64,000 bases of DNA from Alphaproteobacteria bacterium UBA6376 (GTDB taxonomy: Bacteria > Pseudomonadota > Alphaproteobacteria > Rs-D84), in contig DJQW01000001.1 in NCBI GenBank assembly GCA_002437665.1, positions 65,304 to 129,303 on the forward strand, read 5' to 3'. The notes beneath the pieces were generated by a model. That model did not search any database. It was not told the origin of the DNA and was given only the letters and a program-made list of their open reading frames with translations. A program made the translations under genes and the position numbers. The stretch's first letter is position 1; each line of letters starts with the position of its first letter. Below are positions 9,111 to 19,172 of this stretch, in pieces.

Positions 9111-10260
9111 ATTTTATCACTTTCATTATCTGTTCTGTGATTTTGGTGGCGTCAAAGCGCGACAGATTTTCTGTGGCGACTGCTATCATTTTTTCTGTGT
9201 CCGCGCGACGCGTCCATGCGTCCATCATACGCAGCGCCAAATCCGTTGCGTCACCAGGCGCGAATAATAACCCAGCGCGTCCATCCATCAGAATCTCGCG
9301 CGGGCCATTACGACAATCCGACGCGATATTCAATGTGTTGGTGGCGGCGGCCTCTATCAATACGGTGGGCAGTCCCTCGGAATAACTAGACAATATATTC
9401 GCGCGCGCATGCGACATATACCCAAACGGATTACCCGCCGCCCCAACAAACTCTATATGACGCTGCGCCGGCAACGTACGCGCAATCTGTTCATATTCGC
9501 CGCGCATATCGCCATCGCCAACAAACACCATTTTAATATTTGGCCGCCCCGCGTTTTGCCAGAACATATCAAACCCACGCAGCACCGTTTCAATATCTTT
9601 TTCCCGCGTCATTCGCGCGACACATACGAAATAGTCACCCCGCATATATTTACCCGCCACCGCCAATTTGCGGGCACGCGCAATATCAATCGGGTTATAA
9701 ATCTGAATAATCTTGTCAGAATATTCGGGATACTTGGTACGCAATTCCGTTGCCGCGTCACGGGTCAGCATTACCAATTTATCATACATTGGCATGTACC
9801 GCATGCGGCCACCCGCATACAGCGCATCAATCGATGAATGCCACCACGTGATTTTTTTGCCACGAAATTTTTTTAATTCACGTGCGAATGAAAAATTATA
9901 GTAATCGATAAACACATCAACATCATCGAAACGATGCGATGACATCATCATATATTTACCAAATCGGTATATATCACGCGCCACGTGTTTTATAATTCGC
10001 CACAGGAAAAAGTGCGGCATCTGCGTTCCCAAAAACCGGCATGGGTACAATGCGGTCAATTTCACATCTGGATGCGCCGCAAACCAATCACGATATTGGG
10101 GAACACTGATATTCGTGTATGTTATCACACGAATGTCCACGTCCCCGCGCGCCAACAGCGCGTCAATCGTCTGAATCACCACGGATTCAACGCCACCAAC
10201 CTGCATATCACGCAGACATATCGCGATTGTTTTACGTTTCATTTTATGCAACACCCACAT
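9109..10260 (-). CDS. glycosyltransferase family 4 (GT-B fold)
   Basis: EX7E-type C-terminal motif SYSEGLPTVLIEAAA. Confidence 0.8.
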   Translation of the reverse strand: MWVLHKMKRKTIAICLRDMQVGGVESVVIQTIDALLARGDVDIRVITYTNISVPQYRDWFAAHPDVKLTALYPCRFLGTQMPHFFLWRIIKHVARDIYRFGKYMMMSSHRFDDVDVFIDYYNFSFARELKKFRGKKITWWHSSIDALYAGGRMRYMPMYDKLVMLTRDAATELRTKYPEYSDKIIQIYNPIDIARARKLAVAGKYMRGDYFVCVARMTREKDIETVLRGFDMFWQNAGRPNIKMVFVGDGDMRGEYEQIARTLPAQRHIEFVGAAGNPFGYMSHARANILSSYSEGLPTVLIEAAATNTLNIASDCRNGPREILMDGRAGLLFAPGDATDLALRMMDAWTRRADTEKMIAVATENLSRFDATKITEQIMKVIK

Positions 10261-11270
10261 TTAATAAATTCTGCAATTCCGCATCTGATTTTGCGCGCCC
10301 ACCCGTATGGCGGCGTGTCCAGCGCACCACAATTTTTCAAATTTGAAAAACATTTCTGTGCCAACGCAACATCGTCCGCATTGTCCAGATATTTAATCTT
10401 GCGATATGCCCACTTGATAAAGTACCAGCGGAAACGCCGCGACCATGCGTCCATTTGATATGGGGTCGCCTGCTCTTTATACAACTTGTACGATGTTTCG
10501 ATTCCGGTGCACAAACTCTGCATTATACGTAATTGCTTTGCAGACAAAACAATTCCGCCAAAATTCGGCACATAGAAATACAGTGGCAACGGCGCAATCG
10601 TCACAACTGGATTTTTCAACATAATCGCACTCCACCACGGGAAATCTTCAAACAAAATCCCCTTGATAAATGGCGTGTCCGCAATCAAACTGCGACGATA
10701 CAGATTCTTCCACACCTGACAGTGTTTAATCAGCCATTTGCGACGCGGGTTAAATGCATTATGCGCACGCTCCGTTGCATATTTATATACATCATCGGTC
10801 AACAATGTTTTAATGCGCGTCACATCATATTTTTTGTGCATGCGATACGGCACAACAGAATCCGTATCCAAATGCAGCACATGTCGCACCATCAGTTGCG
10901 GACGATAAATTCTGTCATACGTGAACGATACAATATCAGAATTATCGCGCGTCGCCAGATAGTGTGTAATTTCCATCGTCTGGGGGTGAATAAAATCGTC
11001 ACTGTCCAGATACAAAACATAATCACCCGTTGCCACCGCCATACCGGCATTGCGCGCATCCGACAGCCCACCATTTGGCTTGTTCACAATTTTGAATCGC
11101 GCATCACGGGCGGCATATTCAGACAAAATGGCGGCAGATCCATCTGGACTGCCGTCATTGACACAAATCGCCTCCCAATCAGAAAAAGTTTGGTTTAATA
11201 CACTGTCCAAACATCTGCGCAAATACCTTTCCACATTGTATATCGGTATTATCACAGAAATTGCAGGCAT
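10239..11270 (-). CDS. glycosyltransferase family 2
   Basis: N-terminus MPAISVIIPIYNVERYLRRCLDSVLNQTF and a DXD motif YLDSDD. Start refined to MPAIS. Confidence 0.85.
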   Translation of the reverse strand: MPAISVIIPIYNVERYLRRCLDSVLNQTFSDWEAICVNDGSPDGSAAILSEYAARDARFKIVNKPNGGLSDARNAGMAVATGDYVLYLDSDDFIHPQTMEITHYLATRDNSDIVSFTYDRIYRPQLMVRHVLHLDTDSVVPYRMHKKYDVTRIKTLLTDDVYKYATERAHNAFNPRRKWLIKHCQVWKNLYRRSLIADTPFIKGILFEDFPWWSAIMLKNPVVTIAPLPLYFYVPNFGGIVLSAKQLRIMQSLCTGIETSYKLYKEQATPYQMDAWSRRFRWYFIKWAYRKIKYLDNADDVALAQKCFSNLKNCGALDTPPYGWARKIRCGIAEFIKCGCCIK

Positions 11271-11284
11271 ATATTTTCCTTTTC

Positions 11285-12211
11285 TTATTTTTTGGTTTTC
11301 GTTTTGTACATGTGATTTATCATCTCGTCCGCGATGCTGCCTGGGATTGGATTTTTCGCCCACGGACTGTTATACGTTGTTTTCTGAAAGAATGCACCTG
11401 ACGTATATTCTTTGAACAACTTCTTGGTATATGGTTCATTCGCGACCGACCACCACAGCGCATGCGTTGGTGCTTGGTCAATATGGGGCATCGCATCAAA
11501 ATACTTTTTGGCAACAGGGTCATGTTCAACCAATGATTTGAACATCAACTGGTGCATAAAGTAATCAAATTCACGGGGTTCACGCGTCCAGAAATTCAGA
11601 ATCATCTGACGCCACGCCGCCAACAAATAAGACCCCTTGCGTGCACGAATGAAACAGTTCTGAATAAAACTGTACGCACTGCCAACCATATTTCCCGCCA
11701 TATAGACAAAGAAGTCCTGATTTATAATTTCATCTGGAATTGGCGCGGTTGCAAATCCGGTTGAATCCAACCAAATGCCACCATGTTCGTACAACAATTC
11801 AACACGACAAATATCGGCAAAGTGCGCATGCTTTATTTGGCCCGCTTTGCGTTTTGCAACAATTTCTGGGGGCAACGTGATATAGTCCCAAATGGTGTTT
11901 TCATCCAAAACAACCAATTCCTGTTTGCAATTTGCACGAATACTGCGGAAACATGCCTTGACCAATTCTGGTGCTTTGTCTTCGCCCTGTAACCACAGCG
12001 TCCAAATCTTTTCACGTTTGTCGTTGTGGACGGGACGAACCTCTGGCACAGTGCCGGCGGCCGGCACATAACGCGCCATATACCGTGGAATGGCAGTTGC
12101 CGCAACATTACATCTATGTTCACGACGCTTGTCACGCGACCACCACAATGGGTTCAAGATATGCGCGCGCAACACAATGTCCGCCAACGCAAATGTTCTG
12201 GAAAGTTTCAT
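11285..12211 (-). CDS. glycosyltransferase with DXD sugar-binding region (capsule-synthesis / GT32-like)
   Basis: HFADICRVELLYEHGGIWLDSTG motif. Paralogous to 37232..38203. Start refined to MKLSR. Confidence 0.6.
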   Translation of the reverse strand: MKLSRTFALADIVLRAHILNPLWWSRDKRREHRCNVAATAIPRYMARYVPAAGTVPEVRPVHNDKREKIWTLWLQGEDKAPELVKACFRSIRANCKQELVVLDENTIWDYITLPPEIVAKRKAGQIKHAHFADICRVELLYEHGGIWLDSTGFATAPIPDEIINQDFFVYMAGNMVGSAYSFIQNCFIRARKGSYLLAAWRQMILNFWTREPREFDYFMHQLMFKSLVEHDPVAKKYFDAMPHIDQAPTHALWWSVANEPYTKKLFKEYTSGAFFQKTTYNSPWAKNPIPGSIADEMINHMYKTKTKK

Positions 12212-12329
12212 GCATGTTCCTTTGTTTTGGTTATCTGAATAAAAACTTTTCTGGCACTTTACCATTCGTCGATATCTCTCATATTTGTCCCCTTTGTTGT
12301 TATGCATCTGTTCCCATCGTTTTTCCCTT

Positions 12330-13412
12330 TTATTCGTCCATTGGCATTACATCATCGTCCGCATCGTCATCGGCTGGGCCGGTGGTCATTTCTTCGGCAA
12401 TACCAGACGCACGTGCCATAATCTTGTCCAACAGTTCCTGTTGCACTTCCTTGTGATCTTTCAGCCACTGACGTGCATTCGCCTCGCCCTGACCCATACG
12501 TTCATTGTTGTACGAATAGAAACTGCCCGCCTTTTCAATCAGGTCATATTTCACACCCATATCCAAGATTTCGCTGATGCGTGAAATCCCTTCGCCATAC
12601 ATGATTTTGAAATCAACTGTGCGGAACGGTGGCGCAACCTTGTTCTTTACAACCTTGACACGGGTTTCGTTACCAATAACGTTTTCTTTGTCTTTAATCT
12701 GGCCGGTGCGACGAATGTCCAAACGTACAGACGCATAGAACTTTAACGCATTCCCCCCCGATGTTGTTTCAGGGTTACCAAACATAACACCAATCTTCAT
12801 ACGAATCTGATTGATGAAAATCAGCAACGTATTACTGCGCGATACCGAACCCGCCAATTTTTTCAAACTCTGTGACATCAAACGCGCGGTTGTGCCAACG
12901 AAAGAATCGCCGATATTCCCTTCCAATTCTGCCTTGGGCACCAGTGCCGCGACCGAGTCAATTACAACCACGTCAACCGCACCAGATTTAATCAGTGTGT
13001 CGGCAATTTCCAACGCCTGTTCACCCGAATCCGGTTGCGAAATAATCAGATTTGCAACATCAACACCCAACTTTTTCGCATACGATGGATCAAGTGCATT
13101 TTCCGCATCAATGTATGCGCACGTACCGCCTTTCTTTTGTGCCTCTGCCACGGCGTGCAATGCCAATGTTGTTTTACCAGAACTTTCCGGCCCATAAATT
13201 TCAACAATACGGCCACGTGGATATCCACCGATACCCAACGCAATGTCCAATCCCAATGAACCGGACGAAATCGCCTCTATATTCTGTTGTGAACCATCAC
13301 CCATTTTCATGATGGCTTCTTTACCAAACTGTTTTTGAATTTGTGCCAACGCCGATTCCAACGCAGGATTTTTTGCGGGTGCGGCGGCGGCTGTTGCTTC
13401 TTTCTTTGCCAT
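12330..13412 (-). CDS. recA: recombinase RecA
   Basis: [20 protein letters not shown] Walker A and conserved RecA sequence throughout. Confidence 0.97.
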   Translation of the reverse strand: MAKKEATAAAAPAKNPALESALAQIQKQFGKEAIMKMGDGSQQNIEAISSGSLGLDIALGIGGYPRGRIVEIYGPESSGKTTLALHAVAEAQKKGGTCAYIDAENALDPSYAKKLGVDVANLIISQPDSGEQALEIADTLIKSGAVDVVVIDSVAALVPKAELEGNIGDSFVGTTARLMSQSLKKLAGSVSRSNTLLIFINQIRMKIGVMFGNPETTSGGNALKFYASVRLDIRRTGQIKDKENVIGNETRVKVVKNKVAPPFRTVDFKIMYGEGISRISEILDMGVKYDLIEKAGSFYSYNNERMGQGEANARQWLKDHKEVQQELLDKIMARASGIAEEMTTGPADDDADDDVMPMDE

Positions 13413-13501
13413 AAAATTTTCCCCTTTTTCTTATACTGAAATCATACACGGAATCACGTGCGCACGCAACGAAAATAATAGGAATAAAGCACGTACAAAA
13501 T

Positions 13502-14686
13502 TTATTTTTTGGCAACCAGAATAATTGATGTCAGCACACCAATCACCGCCGTCACAACCCATACCGCCGACGTTCCGCCAAACAGCGTAATGCACCCCGC
13601 CGCCAATACCGGCGCAACCACATTCGGCAAATTCACACTGGTACGGAACACGCCATAGAAACGCGTCTGTTCGGATTTTTTTGTATTATCAAAGAACAGC
13701 AAATCATGCACCGATTCCATCAATGCGCCTGAAATCTGCCATGCGACAAAGATAACCAACAACGGATACCCCGTCACAAAAGTTGCCAACACCGACAGTC
13801 CCGCAAACGACAACAGTCCCGCAAACAACCAAATCTTTTTACCAAACGCGCGCACCAGATGGGCCATCGCCTCTGACAAAATCAGATACGGAATAATCCC
13901 CAGTGTCAAAACCCACCCCAGCGCATCATTTGAAAATCCGTTTTCAATAACCACAATCGGCACATACAGGTAACGCATCGCGCGCAATGCATAGTACCCA
14001 AAATTCACGATATACGCACGCAACATTCCGGGCTTTCTGAAAAAGGCAATCGTATTACGCCACAGCGCGCGTGCCGTGCGACGTGGACTGACGGGCTTTA
14101 TCTGTTTATCTTGCTGAACAATACGGAAATACTTAAAGAATCCCCACCCCGCCAAATAAATTACCGCCGATGCAAAGAACGCCGCACGATTACCCGCAGC
14201 ATCTGAAATTGCAACCGCAATCATTGGTGCAAACAGTGCCCCGATATTCAGCCACAAATGATACCGCGAATTTAATCGCGCCATACCAATCCCGCGCGAA
14301 AAATCAGACATAAACAGCGGAATCAACATTGTCACCAACGTCGTCGCAATACCGGTTGTATAGTCCAATATAATAAACGTACTGGGGCGAATAGAAAAAC
14401 TCATCATCGCATAGCACACCGCCAGCATCAGCATCACAAAATAAAACACACGCACCTTGGAAAACTGGCGAAACAGTTCATTGGCAAACAGGCCCACAAT
14501 CATACAGAACGCCGCATACAGACCGACGTACAACCCAACCACCGCGGACGAACGAAATATTTCCAACAATACCAATGAATATACGGCATTATAAATACCG
14601 TCTGCGAATCCTGTGAATAACCCCAGATTTGCAAACGAAAAACCGCTGACTGAACTTCTGACTGATAAATATGTGTCCTTTGCCAT
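13502..14686 (-). CDS. MFS transporter
   Basis: About 12 predicted TM segments; hydrophobic profile typical of the MFS. Confidence 0.7.
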   Translation of the reverse strand: MAKDTYLSVRSSVSGFSFANLGLFTGFADGIYNAVYSLVLLEIFRSSAVVGLYVGLYAAFCMIVGLFANELFRQFSKVRVFYFVMLMLAVCYAMMSFSIRPSTFIILDYTTGIATTLVTMLIPLFMSDFSRGIGMARLNSRYHLWLNIGALFAPMIAVAISDAAGNRAAFFASAVIYLAGWGFFKYFRIVQQDKQIKPVSPRRTARALWRNTIAFFRKPGMLRAYIVNFGYYALRAMRYLYVPIVVIENGFSNDALGWVLTLGIIPYLILSEAMAHLVRAFGKKIWLFAGLLSFAGLSVLATFVTGYPLLVIFVAWQISGALMESVHDLLFFDNTKKSEQTRFYGVFRTSVNLPNVVAPVLAAGCITLFGGTSAVWVVTAVIGVLTSIILVAKK

Positions 14687-14727
14687 AGTGGACAGATTCT
14701 ATCACAAAAACATAAAAAATCCAAACA

Positions 14728-14768
14728 CAGCACAAAAAAATAAAAACGCCCCATACGGGACGTTTTTT
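14728..14768. terminator. terminator downstream of secB (minus strand)
   Basis: Imperfect hairpin acgccccatacgggacgt flanked by an A-run and a T-run. Confidence 0.5.
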
Positions 14769-14791
14769 GGAACGAAAATGAAACAAATAAA

Positions 14792-15232
14792 TTATTTTGC
14801 GTTCGCTGCACTGTTCTGCTTTTGCGCATACAGTTCTGCGAAATCAACCGGCTGCATCGCGAATGTTGGGAATCCGGATTCAGATGTCAGACGGACAATC
14901 AAACTGCGAACCGCTGGGAACAACAGTGTTGGTACATCAATCAACAGTGTACGCTTTTTCGCTTCGTCATCTTTTTCTTCTTCCATTTGAACCAGACCAG
15001 AATATGTCGATTCAATCAAGAAGATGGACTTGTCGCCCGCATCCAGTTTCGAATGAACCTTGGTAATCAAATCAACCATAAACAGGTTGTTTTCTGCGCC
15101 CTTGATTTGAATATCGATATTGATTTCCAATTTTGCCTGACCATTGTCCTGCTTAAAGAACAATTCTGGGACATTTGGGCTCTCGAACGAGATATCTTTC
15201 AGAAACTGTGAAATAATTTTGAATTTTGCCAT
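14792..15232 (-). CDS. secB: protein-export chaperone SecB
   Basis: MAKFKIISQFLKDISFESPNVPELF and an acidic C-terminus are typical of SecB. Confidence 0.9.
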   Translation of the reverse strand: MAKFKIISQFLKDISFESPNVPELFFKQDNGQAKLEINIDIQIKGAENNLFMVDLITKVHSKLDAGDKSIFLIESTYSGLVQMEEEKDDEAKKRTLLIDVPTLLFPAVRSLIVRLTSESGFPTFAMQPVDFAELYAQKQNSAANAK

Positions 15233-15343
15233 TGTGCTTTACTCCTGTTGTACGCTGGGGGTAAAACCCGTCTGGACTTAGCCCCACCTTTTATGATAAT
15301 ATAGCATCATAAAATTATTTTACAAGTGGGGGGATTTACAAAA

Positions 15344-16447
15344 ATGGTTATGCGGAATTTTTTCAAACCGGCGCGATTGATTGCCATGGCGCTCGGGGTT
15401 GTTGCGCTGGCGGCGTGCGACCTGTCTGCGCCGACACACAGCGGTGATAATTCCGTCGTCCCCAGCAATTTGCGCCGCGCGTCTTATGATGACCTGCCCG
15501 GATGGCGCGATGATGATGTGCGCTATGCATTGCAGGCATTCCGCAATTCGTGTCGGGCAAAAATCCAATACACCGGCCGCGTTGTGCCAGACCGCGAATT
15601 GTTCGCAGAAAAATGCCGCATGTTGCCATCTGCATCGGCGGACGTTGCAACCGTACGCGCATGGTTTGAATCAAATTTCCAACCGTACAAGGTATATAAT
15701 GACAACGGCACAGACCGCGGTACATACACGGGATACTATTCCCCAATTATTCCTGGATGTCGCACAAAAACCGCCACATGCAACGAACCACTGATGGGCG
15801 TACCAACCGATGGCCGCACGTACAAGGGTGTGGAAAAGAAAGATATTGTTGAAAAACAAATCGGACGCGTTCTGTACTGGGCAAATATCGTCGATGTCCA
15901 AAACATCCAGATTCAAGGCAGTGGTATGTTACAACTGGACGACGGCAAAATGGTCAAATTGAACTTTGCCGCGGTCAATGATATGCCATTCAAATCCATC
16001 GGCGAAGAATTACGTCGACGCGGCATTCGCCCCGATGGTGGCTATTCTGCCGACGCCGTATGGACATATCTGAAAAAGAACCCTGCATTGGCCAAAGATG
16101 TAATTTACAAGAATCCACGCTATGTGTATTTCTATGAATCCACACCACCAGATGTAATTGGTAAATTGGGTACACCCTTGTCCAAGATACGCTCCATCGC
16201 CATGGATGACAGCATTTATACATTGGGTATGCCGGTCTATATCAGCACAAACCTGTCCGATGGCCGCCGTTTCCGTCGCCTGATGATTGCCCAGGATACC
16301 GGCAGCGCAATTCGCGGATGGATTCGTGCCGACATCTTCTTTGGCAAGGGGGACGAAGCATACAAGTATGCCCACGGTCAACATGCCCAAGGGGAAATGT
16401 TTATTTTGATGCCAAAAGAATATACGTATGTCAAACCAACCAGATAA
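15344..16447 (+). CDS. mltA: murein transglycosylase A (MltA family, lipoprotein)
   Basis: Lipoprotein signal ..LAAC. MltA and 3D domain regions (YTGYYSPII, GVPTDGRTYKG). The ATG at 15344 is preferred over the GTG at 15326. Confidence 0.8.
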   Translation: MVMRNFFKPARLIAMALGVVALAACDLSAPTHSGDNSVVPSNLRRASYDDLPGWRDDDVRYALQAFRNSCRAKIQYTGRVVPDRELFAEKCRMLPSASADVATVRAWFESNFQPYKVYNDNGTDRGTYTGYYSPIIPGCRTKTATCNEPLMGVPTDGRTYKGVEKKDIVEKQIGRVLYWANIVDVQNIQIQGSGMLQLDDGKMVKLNFAAVNDMPFKSIGEELRRRGIRPDGGYSADAVWTYLKKNPALAKDVIYKNPRYVYFYESTPPDVIGKLGTPLSKIRSIAMDDSIYTLGMPVYISTNLSDGRRFRRLMIAQDTGSAIRGWIRADIFFGKGDEAYKYAHGQHAQGEMFILMPKEYTYVKPTR

Positions 16448-16757
16448 GTTTTCACACCGCGTTGCACGCCCCCAAACATTGGCGGGTGCAATGGGCGGTC
16501 TGATGCGCCGTTTTGGTTTTCGCGCATCGGACGCGGATTTGGCGGCGCGCTGGACGGAAATTATGGGTGCTGACATCGCCGCGATTGCACAAATTGCCGC
16601 GATAAAAAAAATGCGCGACGGGCGGTATAACATTGCAATTCGGCCGCTGAATCCGGCATTCACATTACAGTTGTCATACATGACCGACGAAATTACAAAG
16701 AAGTTGAATAACTATTTCGGTCGCGCGGCAATCGGAAAAATCAGTTTCAGGAAATAA
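16428..16757 (+). CDS. DUF721 (DciA-like) family protein
   Basis: Pattern W..IMG..IA..A.I.....G.L.I.V.....A..L......I..K.N..FG resembles DUF721. The ORF start overlaps the end of mltA, so the true start may be internal. Confidence 0.45.
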   Translation: MSNQPDKFSHRVARPQTLAGAMGGLMRRFGFRASDADLAARWTEIMGADIAAIAQIAAIKKMRDGRYNIAIRPLNPAFTLQLSYMTDEITKKLNNYFGRAAIGKISFRK

Positions 16758-16763
16758 ACACAC

Positions 16764-17243
16764 ATGACACGTATTTTGGGCATTGACCCCGGATTACTAC
16801 ATACAGGTTGGGCGGTAATCGATACCGCCGGCAGCAATCGCACATATATTGCCAGTGGCGTAATATTGCCCCCCACCCGCGATGCATTGCCGGTGCGATT
16901 GGCAAATATATTTCGCGGCGTGTCTGAATTGATTGATACATTTTCGCCCGATGCGTGCAGTATTGAAATCACATTCGTAAATAAAAACCCACAAACAACG
17001 TTGGCATTGGGACACGCCCGCGCCGCGGCAATCGTTGCGGTGTCGTCGCGCGATATTCCAATATACGAATACGAACCGAACAAGGTTAAAAAGGCACTGA
17101 CATCTGCGGGTCACGCCGACAAAGATCAGGTGTATAAAATGGTGCGCATATTGCTGCCGGCGGCGCACCCAAAAACACCAGACGAAAGTGACGCATTGGC
17201 CATCGCATTGACGCATGCCAATATGACTAAATTCAAATTCTAA
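16764..17243 (+). CDS. ruvC: crossover junction endodeoxyribonuclease RuvC
   Basis: MTRILGIDPGLLHTGWAVID N-terminus. Confidence 0.92.
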   Translation: MTRILGIDPGLLHTGWAVIDTAGSNRTYIASGVILPPTRDALPVRLANIFRGVSELIDTFSPDACSIEITFVNKNPQTTLALGHARAAAIVAVSSRDIPIYEYEPNKVKKALTSAGHADKDQVYKMVRILLPAAHPKTPDESDALAIALTHANMTKFKF

Positions 17244-17286
17244 AAAAACGCGCTATGTGCTATGATATCTGGCAAAGGGGGAAATT

Positions 17287-17568
17287 ATGAAAAAAGATTT
17301 TTATGAAATGATGAATGCGAAAATGGCAATGAAACAAGGGACACTGTTTCGCGCATTTTTCATCAATTTAATTTTGGGTGTGATTGTTCTGGCACTGACA
17401 TTATTTGTGCCACATTTTCTGTTGGCACTGGTTGTGCTGACGGGAATATCACCAATGGTAATTTTCTTTTCCGCAATCAGCGGTATCGCCCTGTGGCAAA
17501 TGCTGGGGATTTTATTATTCCTGTGCCCTGCAATCGCAATCTGGTGGCAACGGAAACGTATAAACTAA
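17287..17568 (+). CDS. small membrane protein (hypothetical)
   Basis: 93 aa with 2-3 hydrophobic helices. Confidence 0.4.
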   Translation: MKKDFYEMMNAKMAMKQGTLFRAFFINLILGVIVLALTLFVPHFLLALVVLTGISPMVIFFSAISGIALWQMLGILLFLCPAIAIWWQRKRIN

Positions 17569-17584
17569 CGGTTTTAGTGCGCTG

Positions 17585-17800
17585 CGCGCAACATAAATAA
17601 ACTGGATTGCCGCGCGTCGCTTGCGCTTGCTCGCAATGACAAAAATACTAATTTTCTAGAATCGCTGTCATTGCGAGTGTAACGAAGCAATCCAGTAAAT
17701 AAAAATTGTCCGCCATCGGCGGACACATTCATTGCTCTCTGCTCTCTTTATCGCGGCGCAGCGTCAGCGAAGACGGATGCGCTTTGCTCTCTAAATAAAA
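17585..17800. repeat. composite palindromic repeats (family B gtcattgcgagtg.aacgaagcaatccagtaaat, hairpin tgtccgcc..ggcggaca, family C gcgtcagcgaagacggat)
   Basis: An inverted pair aataaactggattgc...ctcgcaatgacaaaaa / ctgtcattgcgagtgtaacgaagcaatccagtaaataaaaa. The same units recur at 57478-57676 and 56612-56687. Confidence 0.75.
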
Positions 17801-17824
17801 ATGCCCCAACCGGGGCATTTTTAT
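17794..17824. terminator. bidirectional terminator downstream of yebC
   Basis: atgccccaaccggggcat hairpin flanked by A and T runs. Confidence 0.6.
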
Positions 17825-18540
17825 TACGCTGCTGCGGTAAATACTTTTTGAACGTCGTCATTATCGTCCAGCGCATCTACCAATTTTTCCAACTTGGCAT
17901 ACGCTTCGTCGTCCAAATCAACCGGCATATTTGGAATCCATGTCAATTCCGCGCTGTCTGGTTCACCCAGCACATCGTTCAACGCCTTTTGCACATTGAT
18001 AAAATCATCTGGCTTGGTTGTGATAATGAAACCTTCGTCCGCGGTTTCGATATTGTCAGCACCGGCGTCCATGATGATTTCCATCATTTCATCTTCGGTT
18101 TTGCCGATTGACGCTGGGTACATAATCTGGCCGGCACGCGTGAACATAAATACAACGCTGCCCTCTTCGCCCATATTGCCGCCATTCTTCGCAAATATGT
18201 TGCGGATTTCTGGCACAGTACGACGTGGGTTATCGGTCAATGCCTCTACAATCACAGGAACTGCGTTTGGGCCGTACCCTTCATAACGAACGGCAACGTA
18301 ACTTTCGGTGTTGCTGCCCGACGCCTTTTCAATCGCGCGTTTGATGTTATCGTTCGGCATAGAATTTTTACGTGCATTCAGAACCGCCAAGCGCAGACGT
18401 GGATTATTGTCCGGATTTTTATCGCCCAGTTTTGCGGCCATCGTGATTTCACGAGCCAGTTTTGTGAACAAACCGCTGCGTGCGGCGTCCACAGCACCTT
18501 TCTTGTGCTGAATATTGTGCCATTTGCTGTGTCCACTCAT
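17824..18540 (-). CDS. yebC: YebC/PmpR family DNA-binding transcriptional regulator
   Basis: MSGHSKWHNIQHKKGAVDAARS N-terminus. Confidence 0.9.
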   Translation of the reverse strand: MSGHSKWHNIQHKKGAVDAARSGLFTKLAREITMAAKLGDKNPDNNPRLRLAVLNARKNSMPNDNIKRAIEKASGSNTESYVAVRYEGYGPNAVPVIVEALTDNPRRTVPEIRNIFAKNGGNMGEEGSVVFMFTRAGQIMYPASIGKTEDEMMEIIMDAGADNIETADEGFIITTKPDDFINVQKALNDVLGEPDSAELTWIPNMPVDLDDEAYAKLEKLVDALDDNDDVQKVFTAAA

Positions 18541-18590
18541 ATTTGACCTTTTTATTTAATTAGGTTAAAATTACGCCAAAAGGATAACAA

Positions 18591-19172
18591 ATGATTGGCA
18601 AATTGCAAGGGGTTGTTGATTATATTGGCGACGGATTCGTAATTTTAATGGTATCCGGCGTCGGATACAAGGTTTTTACCCCTGACGTACTGTCCCCACG
18701 CGAAACGGTCGCATTGTGGATTGAAACCGTCGTGCGCGAGGATTCAATCCGCCTGTACGGGTTCAAGACACTGGCGGGACAAAACCTGTTTGTGCAACTG
18801 ACGGGGGTGTCGGGCGTTGGGCCACGTGGGGCACTGTCTATATTGAACACATTGCCAACCGATACGCTGATGTCCGCGATTGCAACAGGCGACGCAAAAA
18901 CCATCACCGCCGCCCCAGGCGTCGGGAAAAAGGTTGCTGAAAAAATCATTCTGGAATTAAAGAACAAAATTGCCGGCAACGCATTTAACTTTGATGCGGC
19001 GACGGAAACCGGCGGATCTGCCCTGCCCGATTTGCTGGCGGCATTGGAATCATTGGGCTATCGCCGTCTGGACATTGTTGACATGGCACAAAAGTTGGTT
19101 GCCGCCAATCCAGATGCCGACGTCGCCCGCCTTGTTCCAATGGCACTGAAAGAAATATCTGGAAACAAATAA
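18591..19172 (+). CDS. ruvA: Holliday junction DNA helicase RuvA
   Basis: MIGKLQGVVDYIGDGFVILMVSGVGYKV N-terminus and HhH repeats. Confidence 0.92.
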   Translation: MIGKLQGVVDYIGDGFVILMVSGVGYKVFTPDVLSPRETVALWIETVVREDSIRLYGFKTLAGQNLFVQLTGVSGVGPRGALSILNTLPTDTLMSAIATGDAKTITAAPGVGKKVAEKIILELKNKIAGNAFNFDAATETGGSALPDLLAALESLGYRRLDIVDMAQKLVAANPDADVARLVPMALKEISGNK

